NCBI GenBank assembly: GCA_029938635.1 | Contig: JAOZUQ010000003.1 | Location: 34,786 to 98,785 of the forward strand | Source: Candidatus Aminicenantes bacterium | GTDB taxonomy: Bacteria; Acidobacteriota; Aminicenantia; UBA2199 | Reading direction: 5' to 3' | DNA length: 64,000 nucleotides | Shown: in pieces, positions 10,194 to 21,500 of the stretch | How positions within the stretch are numbered: position 1 is the stretch's first letter | Layout of the letters: each line of letters starts with the position of its first letter | Position numbers and translations under genes: made by a program | The notes under the pieces: model-generated | Databases searched by the model: none | What the model saw: the letters and a program-made list of their open reading frames with translations, nothing else | What the model was told of the DNA's origin: nothing

Positions 10194-10222
10194 AACATAA
10201 AGCATGCTTTACTTTTTGTCAA
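10194..10222 (-). promoter_or_regulatory. Sigma70-like promoter of the XRE regulator gene, overlapping repeated TAACATA motifs and an AAAGCATGCTTT palindrome
   Basis: Reverse strand reads TTGACA-17 nt-TATGTT. The palindrome lies in the spacer, and a TTAACATA copy overlaps the -10. Confidence 0.4.
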
Positions 10223-10301
10223 GTATTTTTTACATTTTATCTAACATACTTTACTTTTATGAATGTTTTATGCTCAGCATGTTAAATTAATCATTTCATT
10301 T

Positions 10302-10330
10302 TTGACAATATTTTGTCCATTCATTAGAAT
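10302..10330 (+). promoter_or_regulatory. Sigma70-like promoter for the cupin / acyl-CoA ligase genes
   Basis: TTGACA (10302-10307), 17-nt spacer, TAGAAT (10325-10330), 25 nt upstream of the ATG at 10356. Confidence 0.5.
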
Positions 10331-10355
10331 GAATTGAATAAAGCGAGGTGCAAAA

Positions 10356-10676
10356 ATGGGTTTTATAAATTTAAAAGATCTTGAGCAAAAGGAAATAGTA
10401 AAAGGATATAGGGTAAAGTTCGTTCACTCTGTAACTATGACAACTGCATATTGGACAGTAGAAGAAGGGTCCGTATTGCCGGAGCACTCACATATGAACG
10501 AACAGGTGTCAAATGTTACAAAAGGAAAATTTGAGTTCAATCTTGATGGAGAGATTAAAATATTAGAACCGGGAGATGTAGTTGTTATCCCGTCAAATGT
10601 TCCTCACTCCGGAAAGGCACTCACTGATTGCCTTATAATTGATACTTTCCATCCTGTCCGTGAGGATTACAGGTAA
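10356..10676 (+). CDS. Cupin domain protein
   Basis: 106 aa with PEHSHMNEQ...G...LEPGDVVVIPSNVPHSG, the two-motif cupin signature. Confidence 0.8.
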   Translation: MGFINLKDLEQKEIVKGYRVKFVHSVTMTTAYWTVEEGSVLPEHSHMNEQVSNVTKGKFEFNLDGEIKILEPGDVVVIPSNVPHSGKALTDCLIIDTFHPVREDYR

Positions 10677-10681
10677 ATAAA

Positions 10682-12397
10682 ATGAATAATACTGAAAACA
10701 CACAAAAAGAATTTTTTACAATTAAGGAAATGATCGAGGATAGTATAAACAAATATCCGGGAAAGCCGGCGTTATCTTTTTTCGATTCCGAACCAGTCAC
10801 TTATGGAGATCTCGGTATCAGGATAAAAGAGCTTTCACAATTATTGAGAGATCATGGGATAAGAAAAGGGGATAAAGTTGCCATCCTCGGAGAGAACTCA
10901 CCGAATTGGGGGATTTCCTACCTGAGCATTGTTTCACTGGGAGCAGTAGCAGTCCCGATACTTCCCGACTTTCAACAAGCCGATCTTGAAAACATCCTGA
11001 ACCATTCCGAAAGCAAATTATTGTTTGCAACAAAAAAACAATTTGATAAATTAAGGTATGAAAAGTGCGGCAATATAACAAAGGTAATTATTCTCGATGA
11101 CCTTCATGTGGAAGAGACCGGATTCGAGACCGTAGGATTCGCTGACTATATTAATGAAACAAAAGTAAAGATCTCCGCCATAATTCATGATATCGGTGAA
11201 TTTACAGGGCTTATCTCTGCTGAAGTTTCAAAAGATGATCTTGCTGCAATTATTTACACTTCAGGCACAACAGGATTATCAAAAGGGGTTATGCTTGCCA
11301 ACGGGAACATAATGGCAAATGTATATGCTATGAAAGAGTTGATCGGATTTGATACAAATGACCGATTCCTCTCACTTCTCCCTCTATCCCATGCACTTGA
11401 ATGTACCATCGGATTCCTCCTTGCAATGGCAAGCGGATCATCTTCCTGGTATACAGGCGCAGTTCCTACACCTCCGGTAATTAAAAAAGCTGCTTCAATA
11501 GTTAAACCGACCTGCATACCTCTTGTCCCTCTGATAATTGAAAAAATATACAAAAAGAGAGTTCAGGCACTGCTTGAGAAAAATTTTCTCACAAAAGCAA
11601 TCGCCAAAACCCCTTTTCTAAAAAAGAAACTTTATAAAAAAGCAGGCAAAGCCATTCTTGAGTTCTTCGGTGGAGAAGTAAGGATGATAGCCATCGGTGG
11701 TGCACCGCTGGGTTCAGAAGTGGAGAATTTTCTGAGGATAGCGGAATTCCCTTACGTTATGGGTTACGGCCTCACAGAAACATCCCCACTCCTGACCGGT
11801 GAAAAGGTCAGTGAAACCAGAAAGGGCTCATCCGGTTATCCGATAAGAGATGTAGAGATCAAAATAGTTGATCCGAATCTAAAGACAGGTATAGGCGAGA
11901 TATATGCACGGGGCCCTAATGTAATGAAGGGGTATTATAAAAATGAGAGTATAACTAAAGAAGTTCTAACTGATGATGGATGGTTTAAAACCGGAGACAA
12001 AGGTTTTCTTGACAAGGACAACTATCTCTATATCAGGGGAAGGTCAAAGAACATGTTCCTCGGGCCCAATGGGGAGAACATTTACCCCGAAGTTATTGAG
12101 GAAAAACTTAATGAAATTCTCATTGTTCAGGAGGCTCTTGCAATAGAAAATAAAGGGGATGTGGAAGCATTGATTTACCTTGATCATGATATACTCGGGC
12201 CGATGCTTGAAGGAAAATCTGAAGCAGAACAGAAAAAAATAATCAGTAATATTCTTGAAAATATTCGTGTTGAAGTTAACGAAAAGATGCCACCATCCTC
12301 AAGAATAAAGAGAGCCTTTCACCAGCTTGAAGAGTTTACCAAAACGGCAACAAAGAAGATTAAAAGGTATCTCTATTATCACCCGGCTTCAGATTAG
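10682..12397 (+). CDS. AMP-dependent synthetase/ligase (long-chain fatty acid-CoA ligase-like)
   Basis: 571 aa with the AMP-binding motifs YTSGTTGLSKGV, GYGLTET and GWFKTGD. Confidence 0.85.
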   Translation: MNNTENTQKEFFTIKEMIEDSINKYPGKPALSFFDSEPVTYGDLGIRIKELSQLLRDHGIRKGDKVAILGENSPNWGISYLSIVSLGAVAVPILPDFQQADLENILNHSESKLLFATKKQFDKLRYEKCGNITKVIILDDLHVEETGFETVGFADYINETKVKISAIIHDIGEFTGLISAEVSKDDLAAIIYTSGTTGLSKGVMLANGNIMANVYAMKELIGFDTNDRFLSLLPLSHALECTIGFLLAMASGSSSWYTGAVPTPPVIKKAASIVKPTCIPLVPLIIEKIYKKRVQALLEKNFLTKAIAKTPFLKKKLYKKAGKAILEFFGGEVRMIAIGGAPLGSEVENFLRIAEFPYVMGYGLTETSPLLTGEKVSETRKGSSGYPIRDVEIKIVDPNLKTGIGEIYARGPNVMKGYYKNESITKEVLTDDGWFKTGDKGFLDKDNYLYIRGRSKNMFLGPNGENIYPEVIEEKLNEILIVQEALAIENKGDVEALIYLDHDILGPMLEGKSEAEQKKIISNILENIRVEVNEKMPPSSRIKRAFHQLEEFTKTATKKIKRYLYYHPASD

Positions 12398-12450
12398 ATT
12401 TTATAGATTTATTAAACAATATAGCAATAAACAAGTATAATGCTCTTGAT

Positions 12451-14406
12451 ATGGGAATAATTCTCGACAAGTTTCAAAAAGATGCCATCAGACTTATCGG
12501 AGAAGGTAAGTCAGTAATCGTCTCGGCTCCTACAGGTGCAGGAAAAACTAAAATCGCTGAGCATGTTATGCAAAAAGTGCTTAACTCCGGAAAAAGGGTG
12601 ATCTACACGTCACCGGTTAAGGCTCTCTCCAATCAAAAGTTCAGGGATTTTTCAGTTCAATTTCCCGATAAGACCGGAATCGTTACAGGTGATGTTTCTA
12701 TCAATCCATATGCTCCGTTACTAATAATGACAACCGAGATCCTGAGGAACAGACTCTTTTCTGAAAATTCTTCATCTGTAGATTATTCATGGGTAATATT
12801 TGATGAGATTCACTATATTGATGATCCTGATCGGGGCACTGTATGGGAAGAATCTCTGATGTTCCTCCCTGAAGGTATGAAATTCCTCGGACTGTCCGCC
12901 ACTCTCCCTAATGTCGATGAATTTGCATCATGGATAAGCCAGATAAGAGGTGAGGATATTTCAGTTGTAAAAGAAAACAAAAGGCCTGTCCCCTTAAACT
13001 TCTATTTTATTTCAGGAAGGAAAGTATATAAGGACCCTGTATTTATTAAAAAAAGATCGCATAGTTATAGTATTGGTGAACAACGATACGGGAAACGGAA
13101 GAAACTCCCGCATGATAATGATGTGATAAGCCTGATAACCGGCCTCAGGTCAAGAGACAGGCTGCCTGCGATCTATTTTACAATGAACCGTAAAAGAACT
13201 GTTTCATTGGCTGAATCGCTTGCTTCATTTGATTTTCTTGAAAAAACAGATAAAAAGAAAGTGACTGATTTCATAGATGTTGCATTACAAAGACACGGAA
13301 GTGAAGATAATCCGGGATTTAATGATATCATCCCTCTACTGAAGAGAGGTATCGCATATCACCACGCAGGAATGCTCCCCACTGTAAAAGAGCTTGTAGA
13401 GAAACTTTTTACTACAGGGCTTATCCGGATAGTCTTTGCTACTGCTACTTTCTCTCTTGGAATAAACATGCCGGCAAAAAGTGTGATCCTCGATGAATTA
13501 AAGAAAAGATCAGGCAATTCTTTCAGGATCATGCCTAGACGGGATTTCTTCCAGATGGGAGGCAGAGCAGGGCGCAGAGGTATTGACAAGACCGGATATG
13601 TATACAGTTTTACAGATCCATCGATCCAGTTGCATTCTATTAAATCACTTATAAATGGGATACCGGAACCGGTTACCAGCAGGTTCGCTCTTTCCTATGC
13701 AGGAATCCTGAATTTGTATAAAAGATATGGTGAAGATATATATTCAATTTATTACAGATCATTTAAACATTTTCTTGAAAAAAAGAAGGAAGATGGAGAA
13801 AAACTATCCGGGCTCAGAAGAAAAGTAAAACTATTGAAAGAACTTAAACATCTGGATCAGGGAAGTGTAACCGAATCAGGAAAATTTGCCTGCGAAATTC
13901 ATGGATATGAACTCCCGCTTGGCGAAATATTTAAAAGCAATCTTATAAAAGGCCTCTACCCTAAAGATCTGGTATATATAACACTTGCTCTCGTATATGA
14001 ACCGAAGAGGGGGGAAAAAGCAATCCCTGAGCATGGAAGGTCAAAATACTTATACAAACTGACCAAACCTCTTATTACAAGAATTCACAGATATGAGAAA
14101 GCAAATAATATAAACAACACAAGCCCTGCATTTAATTTCAACCTTTCTCCAGCAGCTGAAATATGGATGAAGGAGGAACCTTTCTTCTGGTGTGTGTACA
14201 ATGCCGGGATAGATGAAGGAGATCTTGTCAGATATTTCAGGATGTCTATACAGATATTGAGAGAATTGCTGAACACAGATATTTCTATGCAATCAAAATC
14301 TAAAGTAGAGAAAGCGATCTCTCTGCTTAACAGGGATATCATAGATGCAGAAAGAGAATTGAGAGGAGAAAATGTTAGAGATCAACAATTTAAAAAAGAG
14401 TTTTAA
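12451..14406 (+). CDS. Ski2-like DExH-box superfamily 2 helicase
   Basis: 651 aa with motif I APTGAGKT, motif II DEIH, motif III SAT, plus HHAGMLP and motif VI QMGGRAGRRG, which are Ski2/HelY-like. Confidence 0.85.
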   Translation: MGIILDKFQKDAIRLIGEGKSVIVSAPTGAGKTKIAEHVMQKVLNSGKRVIYTSPVKALSNQKFRDFSVQFPDKTGIVTGDVSINPYAPLLIMTTEILRNRLFSENSSSVDYSWVIFDEIHYIDDPDRGTVWEESLMFLPEGMKFLGLSATLPNVDEFASWISQIRGEDISVVKENKRPVPLNFYFISGRKVYKDPVFIKKRSHSYSIGEQRYGKRKKLPHDNDVISLITGLRSRDRLPAIYFTMNRKRTVSLAESLASFDFLEKTDKKKVTDFIDVALQRHGSEDNPGFNDIIPLLKRGIAYHHAGMLPTVKELVEKLFTTGLIRIVFATATFSLGINMPAKSVILDELKKRSGNSFRIMPRRDFFQMGGRAGRRGIDKTGYVYSFTDPSIQLHSIKSLINGIPEPVTSRFALSYAGILNLYKRYGEDIYSIYYRSFKHFLEKKKEDGEKLSGLRRKVKLLKELKHLDQGSVTESGKFACEIHGYELPLGEIFKSNLIKGLYPKDLVYITLALVYEPKRGEKAIPEHGRSKYLYKLTKPLITRIHRYEKANNINNTSPAFNFNLSPAAEIWMKEEPFFWCVYNAGIDEGDLVRYFRMSIQILRELLNTDISMQSKSKVEKAISLLNRDIIDAERELRGENVRDQQFKKEF

Positions 14407-15109
14407 TGGCAGGCCTGCATTAAGAGGAGTTGATCTTCAACTTAATGAAGGAGAGATCTACGGCCTGCTTGGGCCAAACGGAGCTGGGAAAACAACTACG
14501 ATCAAAATATTGGCTGGATTATTGTCGATAGATTCAGGAACAATTAAGATCGATGGTAAATTGTATTCAAGGAATGATCCCGACCAGAAAAGAAAGATTG
14601 CATATGTCCCGGATGAGCCTTTCGTATATCCTAAACTGAGCGGGGAGGAGCATATGCATTTCTATGCCGATCTTTATGGATTCCCGGTAAAAGGGAGAGA
14701 GGAAAAATTTGATTATTTTTTCAAATATTTTGAGTTCGAGTTTTACAGACACGAACTTGTAGAAACCTATTCTCAAGGGACAAGGCAGAAGCTGCTGATC
14801 TCCCAGTCTATACTTGTTGAGCCGAGGATATTATTGCTTGATGAACCTCTTGTCTCAATCGATCCGATAGTGGGGAGGAAATTCAAACTTTTAATAAAAG
14901 AACTGGCTGACAAAGGAACTATCATTATATTTGCTACTCATATATTACCGTTAGCCCAGGATGTGAGTTCAAAGATCGGAATAATTATTAACGGGAAAGT
15001 TAAGGTTGAAGGTACGATGAGTGAATTAAAGAAACAGTCAGGAACTGTTAATCTTGAAGATTTTTATTTTGAACAGGTGATTGCACATGAAGGCACTGCT
15101 AAAAGTTAA
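14372..15109 (+). CDS. ABC transporter ATP-binding protein
   Basis: 245 aa with Walker A GPNGAGKTT, signature-like YSQGTRQKL and Walker B LLLDEP. GAGGAG precedes the ATG. Overlaps the helicase 3' end by 35 nt. Confidence 0.9.
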   Translation: MLEINNLKKSFNGRPALRGVDLQLNEGEIYGLLGPNGAGKTTTIKILAGLLSIDSGTIKIDGKLYSRNDPDQKRKIAYVPDEPFVYPKLSGEEHMHFYADLYGFPVKGREEKFDYFFKYFEFEFYRHELVETYSQGTRQKLLISQSILVEPRILLLDEPLVSIDPIVGRKFKLLIKELADKGTIIIFATHILPLAQDVSSKIGIIINGKVKVEGTMSELKKQSGTVNLEDFYFEQVIAHEGTAKS

Positions 15110-16733
15110 GCTTAGAAGTATCTTCAACACAATAAGGAATTCCCCGGGAAGGAAATATATTCTATTCACACTTTTCGGCATTATGATCTTTGCATTCCTC
15201 TCTTTCATATCTGTAAAACTTTTTGGTTACATCTATTTTCAGGACGATTTTCCACTTCAATTAAAATATTTCCTGGCAGAGAAACTCATGACAATGGTAT
15301 TTCTTACGATGTATACAATGCTGATCCTTTCATCATTGATATCAACATTGAATATATTTTTTCTTTCAAAAGATCTTAATCTGTTATTCTCTTCTCCAAT
15401 GAGATCAGGCAGAATATTTCTCTGGAAAAGTTTTGAAGTCACTCTGAACAGTTCAATAATGGTAATATTCTTTGCTTCTCCTGTGATCAGTGCATACCTT
15501 TATTATTTTTCAGCCGGATATCAGAACTATATTCTTGCCATGATCCACTTTGTGATATTTATTCTCTCCGGAGTTATTACCGGAATAATGCTCGGCTTCA
15601 TTATCCCCGGTTTTATTTCGATCAAAAAACTACAGCCGGCCCTTTCTGTAGTGTCAATCATTATTATCTCCATCGTTGTGATCTTTCTGAGACTCCTGCA
15701 GCCCGAAAAATTCGGAAATCCTGATATAATTGATAATGTTTTTGAGTATATTAAAGGATTATCAACTCCTTTCTTTAAATACTTCCCATTCGAATGGCTT
15801 TCAAAATCACTTGTGTCACTTTCGGAAAACAGCCATTCAGAATTTTTCGGTTTCTTTTTCACTACCGTTATTTTTGCGACGATCCTTTATTTTTTCCTAT
15901 GGCTATTGCAGAAGAAATTCTATTTTCAACTATTCGACAAAATAAACAGAGGATCTTTCGGAGGTAAACATTCTAAATGGGAGAGAGGTTTTATTAAAGG
16001 TGATTACGGGATCCTATTCAAAAAGGAGATGAAATCATTTCTCAGGACACCTGAACAATGGTCCCAATTGCTGGTGATCGGAGCTATTATTGTTGTGTTT
16101 GTTATGAACATGAAAGTGATCCCTCTCCCTTCCGGACAGATAAAAAACATTATCGGATACATGAATATCGGAATGGCAGCATTTATCGTAACCGGTCTTA
16201 ATTCCAGATTTACTTTTACATCAATGCCGATGGAAAATCCGGGCATTTCTCACATTTTCGCCTCACCTTTTGATAAAATGAAGATACTTAAGTTTAAGTT
16301 GGTCTTTTATCTCATACCTATGTTCATTATCTCTTTCGGGTTATTCTTTGCAGGTGAAATAATCCTTAAACTTGATGAGATCACAAGAGTATCAGGAATT
16401 TTATACCTGACCCCGGTAGTTACTCTGATCACCCTTATGGCATTCCATTTCAGCCTTCAGCTGAAAGGATCAAAGCAGCTCTCACCCCAGCATTTAATAA
16501 CCAGCAGAGAGGGAATATCATTCATGCTCTGGAGCCTGGTTTACATAGTCCTGTCCCTCATTTTTATGATAAGACCCCTTTACCTTTACTTTTTTGCGAA
16601 ATTCACCGGGAGGATAATTCCAATTGGTGAAATATCATTGTGGATAGCAGCTTTTTTTCTTATCAACTTTCTTCTTATTTACCTTTTCTCAAGGAAAATG
16701 AAGAGAAAATGGTTTGATAAAGAATTTATTTAG
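15087..16733 (+). CDS. Multi-pass permease partner of the ABC ATPase (putative ABC exporter membrane protein)
   Basis: About 548 aa with roughly 12 hydrophobic segments. Start moved to the ATG at 15087 (AGGTGA upstream); the track start at 15081 is a TTG. Overlaps the ATPase stop. Confidence 0.65.
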   Translation: MKALLKVKLRSIFNTIRNSPGRKYILFTLFGIMIFAFLSFISVKLFGYIYFQDDFPLQLKYFLAEKLMTMVFLTMYTMLILSSLISTLNIFFLSKDLNLLFSSPMRSGRIFLWKSFEVTLNSSIMVIFFASPVISAYLYYFSAGYQNYILAMIHFVIFILSGVITGIMLGFIIPGFISIKKLQPALSVVSIIIISIVVIFLRLLQPEKFGNPDIIDNVFEYIKGLSTPFFKYFPFEWLSKSLVSLSENSHSEFFGFFFTTVIFATILYFFLWLLQKKFYFQLFDKINRGSFGGKHSKWERGFIKGDYGILFKKEMKSFLRTPEQWSQLLVIGAIIVVFVMNMKVIPLPSGQIKNIIGYMNIGMAAFIVTGLNSRFTFTSMPMENPGISHIFASPFDKMKILKFKLVFYLIPMFIISFGLFFAGEIILKLDEITRVSGILYLTPVVTLITLMAFHFSLQLKGSKQLSPQHLITSREGISFMLWSLVYIVLSLIFMIRPLYLYFFAKFTGRIIPIGEISLWIAAFFLINFLLIYLFSRKMKRKWFDKEFI

Positions 16734-16748
16734 GATCCAAAATCAGGA

Positions 16749-18422
16749 TTACAGCCTTTTCCCCTTCATCTTTACCTTGCCCTGATAGAGTGTTAATCCG
16801 ATTATATTCCCTGATTCATCTTTTGTGAACTCTATCTCTGCATCAACTACTTTTAAAAAATATCTTAATTTGGAAAGGGGAAAAATTTGAGCAGCATTCT
16901 GGCCTGTAGCCTGGATCATCAGCTTCCCTGAATCGATTGAGACAGCAATAAGAAATCCCTCCATCTGATATCTTCCGGTCAATTTTTTATAAATAGATTT
17001 ATCAATATTAACAGCCTTCTTTATTTTTATCTTCTTCGCAATCTTTTTTGCAAAATCTTTTCCACTCAAAGAATGCATCGTCATGGCAATCACTTTGCCG
17101 TCTCTCTTATCTCTCTCGAATGTAAACCAGGTGAACGATTTTTTATAGAAAAATGTATCGTTAGATCTGTTAAAAGCTTCCTGTTTTATACTGCCTGATC
17201 TTTGAGTAAACAATTTATTTCCTTCACGTGTAACAGCCCTTTCATCATCTTTACTGATCTCATAAACTCCGACATATTCATCAAGTTCCTTTTCAGTGAG
17301 TATCCTGCCGGATTCTTCCGAATATGGTTTCCCGAGAAGCAGGGCTGTGATCCATTGTGATACAAATTGCGGAGAGATCTTGTTTCCTGTCGAGTTGGTA
17401 AGAACAGTAACAAATATTTCCGCCTCTGGAATATAGACCTCATGAGTTATGAATCCGTTGATACCACCACCATGATGAATTTGTGTATATCCGTGAAAAT
17501 CAACATTAATAAATCCGAAGGCATAACTAATATCTTTACCATTATTCAGTTTCGTTTTTTTGTAAACCATTTTAAGTGACTCTTTTGAGATCAGTTTCCC
17601 GGCATTCAGTGATCTGTTCCACTTGTAGAGATCGTCAACAGTAGATAAAAGAGAACCGGCGGCATAGGGTAATGTCATGCTTAGATACGAGGAATTAACA
17701 ATTCCTTTTTCATTTCTTCCGTAGCCCTTAGCTCTGTTTTTTATTATCGCTGCTGCTTCCCCGTAAAATGAGTTCTTCATTCCTGCTTTATCAAATATCA
17801 TTTTCTTTACAAAATCAGCATATTTCAGGCCACTCACCTTTTCTATTATCGCTCCGAGAAGAATATATCCGGAATTGTTGTATAAATATTTTTCTCCCGG
17901 CTCAAAGTCAAAAGGTTGATCCTTGAATACATCAATTATTTTTTCAACTTCCGTATCCGTTCTCATCATCTTTCCAAACTCAGGCATCGACGTATAACTC
18001 TTTATACCGGAGGTATGGTTAAGAAGATGCCTGACAGTGACCTTCTTCCCTTTCAGAGGGTATTCAGGCAGATAAACCGTAATCAGATCTTCAAGTTTAA
18101 TCTTTCCTTCCTCTACAAGCATCATTATTCCTACCGAGGTGAATTGTTTTGTGATGGATCCGATCCGAAACACCATTTCCGGCCTTACCGGAACATTCAA
18201 TTCCATATCGGCCATACCATAGCCCTTTCGAATAATGACCTTACCGTTCTTCACTGCAAGTACTGCTGCTCCGGGCATATCCCGTTTATAAATACCTGAA
18301 AGATATTTATCGATCTCTTTTTTTTGTAGTTCGGGGTTACTATGCAATGCAGTAGATAGAGTACCGAAAAGAAAAAATATTGTGATAGGAAAAAGAAGAC
18401 TTTTTTTAATATTGAATTTCAT
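16749..18422 (-). CDS. Serine hydrolase, class C beta-lactamase/penicillin-binding family, with an extra C-terminal domain
   Basis: 557 aa with a signal peptide, SxxK motif SITKQF and YxN motif YNNSGY. C-terminal extension of about 190 aa. Confidence 0.85.
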   Translation of the reverse strand: MKFNIKKSLLFPITIFFLFGTLSTALHSNPELQKKEIDKYLSGIYKRDMPGAAVLAVKNGKVIIRKGYGMADMELNVPVRPEMVFRIGSITKQFTSVGIMMLVEEGKIKLEDLITVYLPEYPLKGKKVTVRHLLNHTSGIKSYTSMPEFGKMMRTDTEVEKIIDVFKDQPFDFEPGEKYLYNNSGYILLGAIIEKVSGLKYADFVKKMIFDKAGMKNSFYGEAAAIIKNRAKGYGRNEKGIVNSSYLSMTLPYAAGSLLSTVDDLYKWNRSLNAGKLISKESLKMVYKKTKLNNGKDISYAFGFINVDFHGYTQIHHGGGINGFITHEVYIPEAEIFVTVLTNSTGNKISPQFVSQWITALLLGKPYSEESGRILTEKELDEYVGVYEISKDDERAVTREGNKLFTQRSGSIKQEAFNRSNDTFFYKKSFTWFTFERDKRDGKVIAMTMHSLSGKDFAKKIAKKIKIKKAVNIDKSIYKKLTGRYQMEGFLIAVSIDSGKLMIQATGQNAAQIFPLSKLRYFLKVVDAEIEFTKDESGNIIGLTLYQGKVKMKGKRL

Positions 18423-18489
18423 AACTCCTCCTGGAACATTTTATACGTTTCAATCCCGGAATTGTTTAAGGAAATCAACATGATATCTA

Positions 18490-18518
18490 TTGACAAAGAC
18501 CCCTTTTTGTCCAATACT
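18490..18518 (+). promoter_or_regulatory. Sigma70-like promoter for metH
   Basis: TTGACA (18490-18495), 17-nt spacer, AATACT (18513-18518). It lies inside the 5' extension of the track ORF, which supports the downstream start. Confidence 0.4.
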
Positions 18519-18548
18519 ATTCAGAATTATAGAGGGGCTGGAATTTTA

Positions 18549-21500
18549 ATGAAAAGTAGAAAAATTATTGAGGATATCCTTAAAAAAAGGGTCATGGTCC
18601 TTGACGGGGCCATGGGGACAATGATACAGAATTTTCATCTCAATGAAGAAGACTTCAGAGGAGAGAGATTTAAAACCACAACAATTCCCCAGAAGGGTAA
18701 TAATGATATCCTATCTCTCACAAGACCTGATATCATCTCCTCAATTCACAAAGACTATCTGGAAGCCGGTTCCGATATTATTGAAACAAACACATTTAAC
18801 AGTAATGGAATTTCCATGTCCGATTACGGAATGCAAGATCATGTTTATGAAATAAACAAAACCTCAGCAATACTGGCAAGGAAGGCTTGTGATGAGTTCT
18901 CCGGAAAAAATCCTGAAAATCCACGTTTCGTAGCCGGTTCAATGGGCCCTACAAATAAGACAGCTTCAATGTCACCGGATGTTAACCAACCCGGTTACAG
19001 GGATATAACATTCGATGATTTAAGAGAAGCTTATTTTGAACAGGCTCAAGGCCTTATAGATGGAGGAGCAGATATTCTTCTGGTTGAAACCGTATTTGAT
19101 ACCCTGAATGCAAAAGCTGCATTATTTGCTATTGAAGAATTAAAAGAGAGAACAGGAAAGGACATTCCGGTAATGGTATCCGGGACAATCACCGATTCCA
19201 GCGGCAGGACCTTGTCCGGACAAACTCTTAAAGCCTTCTATCATTCTGTTTCTCATATCGACCTTCTCAGTATAGGACTGAATTGTGCAATGGGAGCAGA
19301 ACAATTAAGGCCATATATAAAAGAGTTATCAGGGATATCAAAATATTCTGTAAGCATGCATCCTAATGCAGGCCTCCCCAACCCTTTTGGTGAATATGAA
19401 CAGACAGCTGATGAATTCGGACAATTGATCGAGGATATAACCGGATCCGGATATGTAAATATCATAGGAGGTTGTTGCGGTACTACTTCTGACCATATAA
19501 AAAAGATCTCGAGGATCATAAAAAACAAACCTCCAAGAAAAATCCCGGAACTTGCAAAATTTACTGCTTTATCAGGATTAGAGACTGTGGAGATGAGGCC
19601 CGGCAGGAATTTTGTTAATATTGGAGAAAGGACAAATGTTGCAGGTTCAAAAAAGTTTGCCAGACTCATAAAAGAGGAGAAATATGAAGAGGCACTCTCG
19701 GTTGCACGTCACCAGGTTGAGGGTGGTGCTCAAATAATTGATGTCTGTATGGACGATGCAATGTTAAATGCCGAAGAAGCGATGAAACTCTTTCTGAACT
19801 ATATTGCTTCGGAACCGGACATAACAAAGCTTCCGATTATGATCGACTCATCAAAATGGAGTGTGATCGAGGCGGGGTTGAAGGTAGTCCAGGGGAAGTC
19901 GATCGTAAACTCCATTTCATTAAAAGATGGTGAAGATCAATTTTTAAAGCAGGCCGGGCTGATAAAACGGTACGGAGCTGCATTGATAATTATGCTATTT
20001 GATGAGAAAGGACAGGCGGATACATTTGAAAGAAAAATTGAAATTGCAGAACGGTCATATGAACTACTGACAAAAAAAATAGGATTTCCTCCTGAGAACA
20101 TTATTTTCGATCCGAATATTCTCGCTATTGCAACCGGAATTGAAGAGCACAACAACTATGCTGTTAATTTTATAAATGCCACAAAATGGATTAAAGAAAA
20201 TCTCGGCCCTGTAAAAGTGAGTGGAGGGGTAAGCAACCTTTCATTCTCATTTCGCGGAAACTCGACAATAAGAGAAGCAATGCATTCAGTATTCCTGTTC
20301 CATGCAATTAAAGCCGGAATGGATATGGGGATTGTTAATCCTGCACTACTTGAAGTTTATGAATCAATTCCGAAAGACCTGCTTCAACTTACAGAGGATG
20401 TGGTCCTTAATCGAACAGATGATGCAACAGATAAACTGATAAAATATGCAGAGAAGGCCGGACCCACCGGAAAGACAAAAAAAAGAACTTTGGAATGGAG
20501 AAACAAACCTGCAAATGAGAGATTGATCCATTCACTGATAAATGGTATTACCGAATTCATTGAGACAGATACTGAAGAAACGAGAATACAATCTGATTTT
20601 GCTTTAAATGTAATAGAAGGCCCGTTAATGGAAGGGATGGACATTGTTGGTGACCTTTTCGAATCAGGCAAGATGTTCCTCCCTCAAGTTGTTAAAAGTG
20701 CAAGGGTAATGAAAAAATCAGTTGCACTTCTTCTCCCTCATATTGAAAAGGAACGCTCACCCGGGGAAAGTACAAATGCGGGAAAGATCCTCCTTGCAAC
20801 TGTTAAAGGTGATGTTCACGACATAGGTAAAAATATTGTCGGAGTGATATTATCCTGCAATAATTATGAGGTGATAGATCTCGGAGTCATGGTACCTGCA
20901 GAAAAAATTCTCCGCACAGCTATCGAAAAAGAAGTTCAGATCATTGGCCTCTCCGGACTTATAACACCCTCACTGGAGGAGATGGCCAATATTGCTTCTG
21001 AAGCTGAGAGAGCAGGGATCAACATCCCGATAATCCTGGGAGGGGCCCCGACTTCAAAAATTCACACAGCTGTCAGAATAGATCCACAATATTCAAAACC
21101 CGTTGTATATGTGAAAGATGCATCTAAAGCAATAGGTGTAGTATCAAATTTGATCTCTCCTGAAAAATCGGGGAAATATTCAAAGGATGTGAAGACTGAA
21201 TATTTAAAGATCAGAAACAATTATGAAAATCTGAGAAAAGCATCTCAATATCACAGTCTGGCAGATGCACGGAAAAACAGGTTCATGATTGAGAGGGAGA
21301 CATATAACCAATACAAACCGATTCTGAGTGATCTTCAGATATTCAGGGAATACTCTCTTGAAGAAATATCAAAGTTCATTGACTGGACATTCTTTTTCAT
21401 TCAATGGGATATTAAGGGGAAATATCCTGATATTCTGAGTGATCCTGTGAAAGGAGAAGAGGCCGGGAAACTTTTTTCAGATGCAAAAGCAATGTTGGCA

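Noticed and set aside
14372-16733. ABC ATPase/permease pair as the exporter of the RiPP product
   Set aside because: It lies about 20 kb away in a different transcription unit and lacks a peptidase-containing or bacteriocin-type ABC architecture. The RiPP locus has no adjacent transporter.
18423-18548. Possible cobalamin or SAM riboswitch upstream of metH
   Set aside because: Only about 30 nt lie between the putative -10 and the start codon. The region is AT-rich and has none of the conserved B12-box or SAM-I helices that I can recognise.
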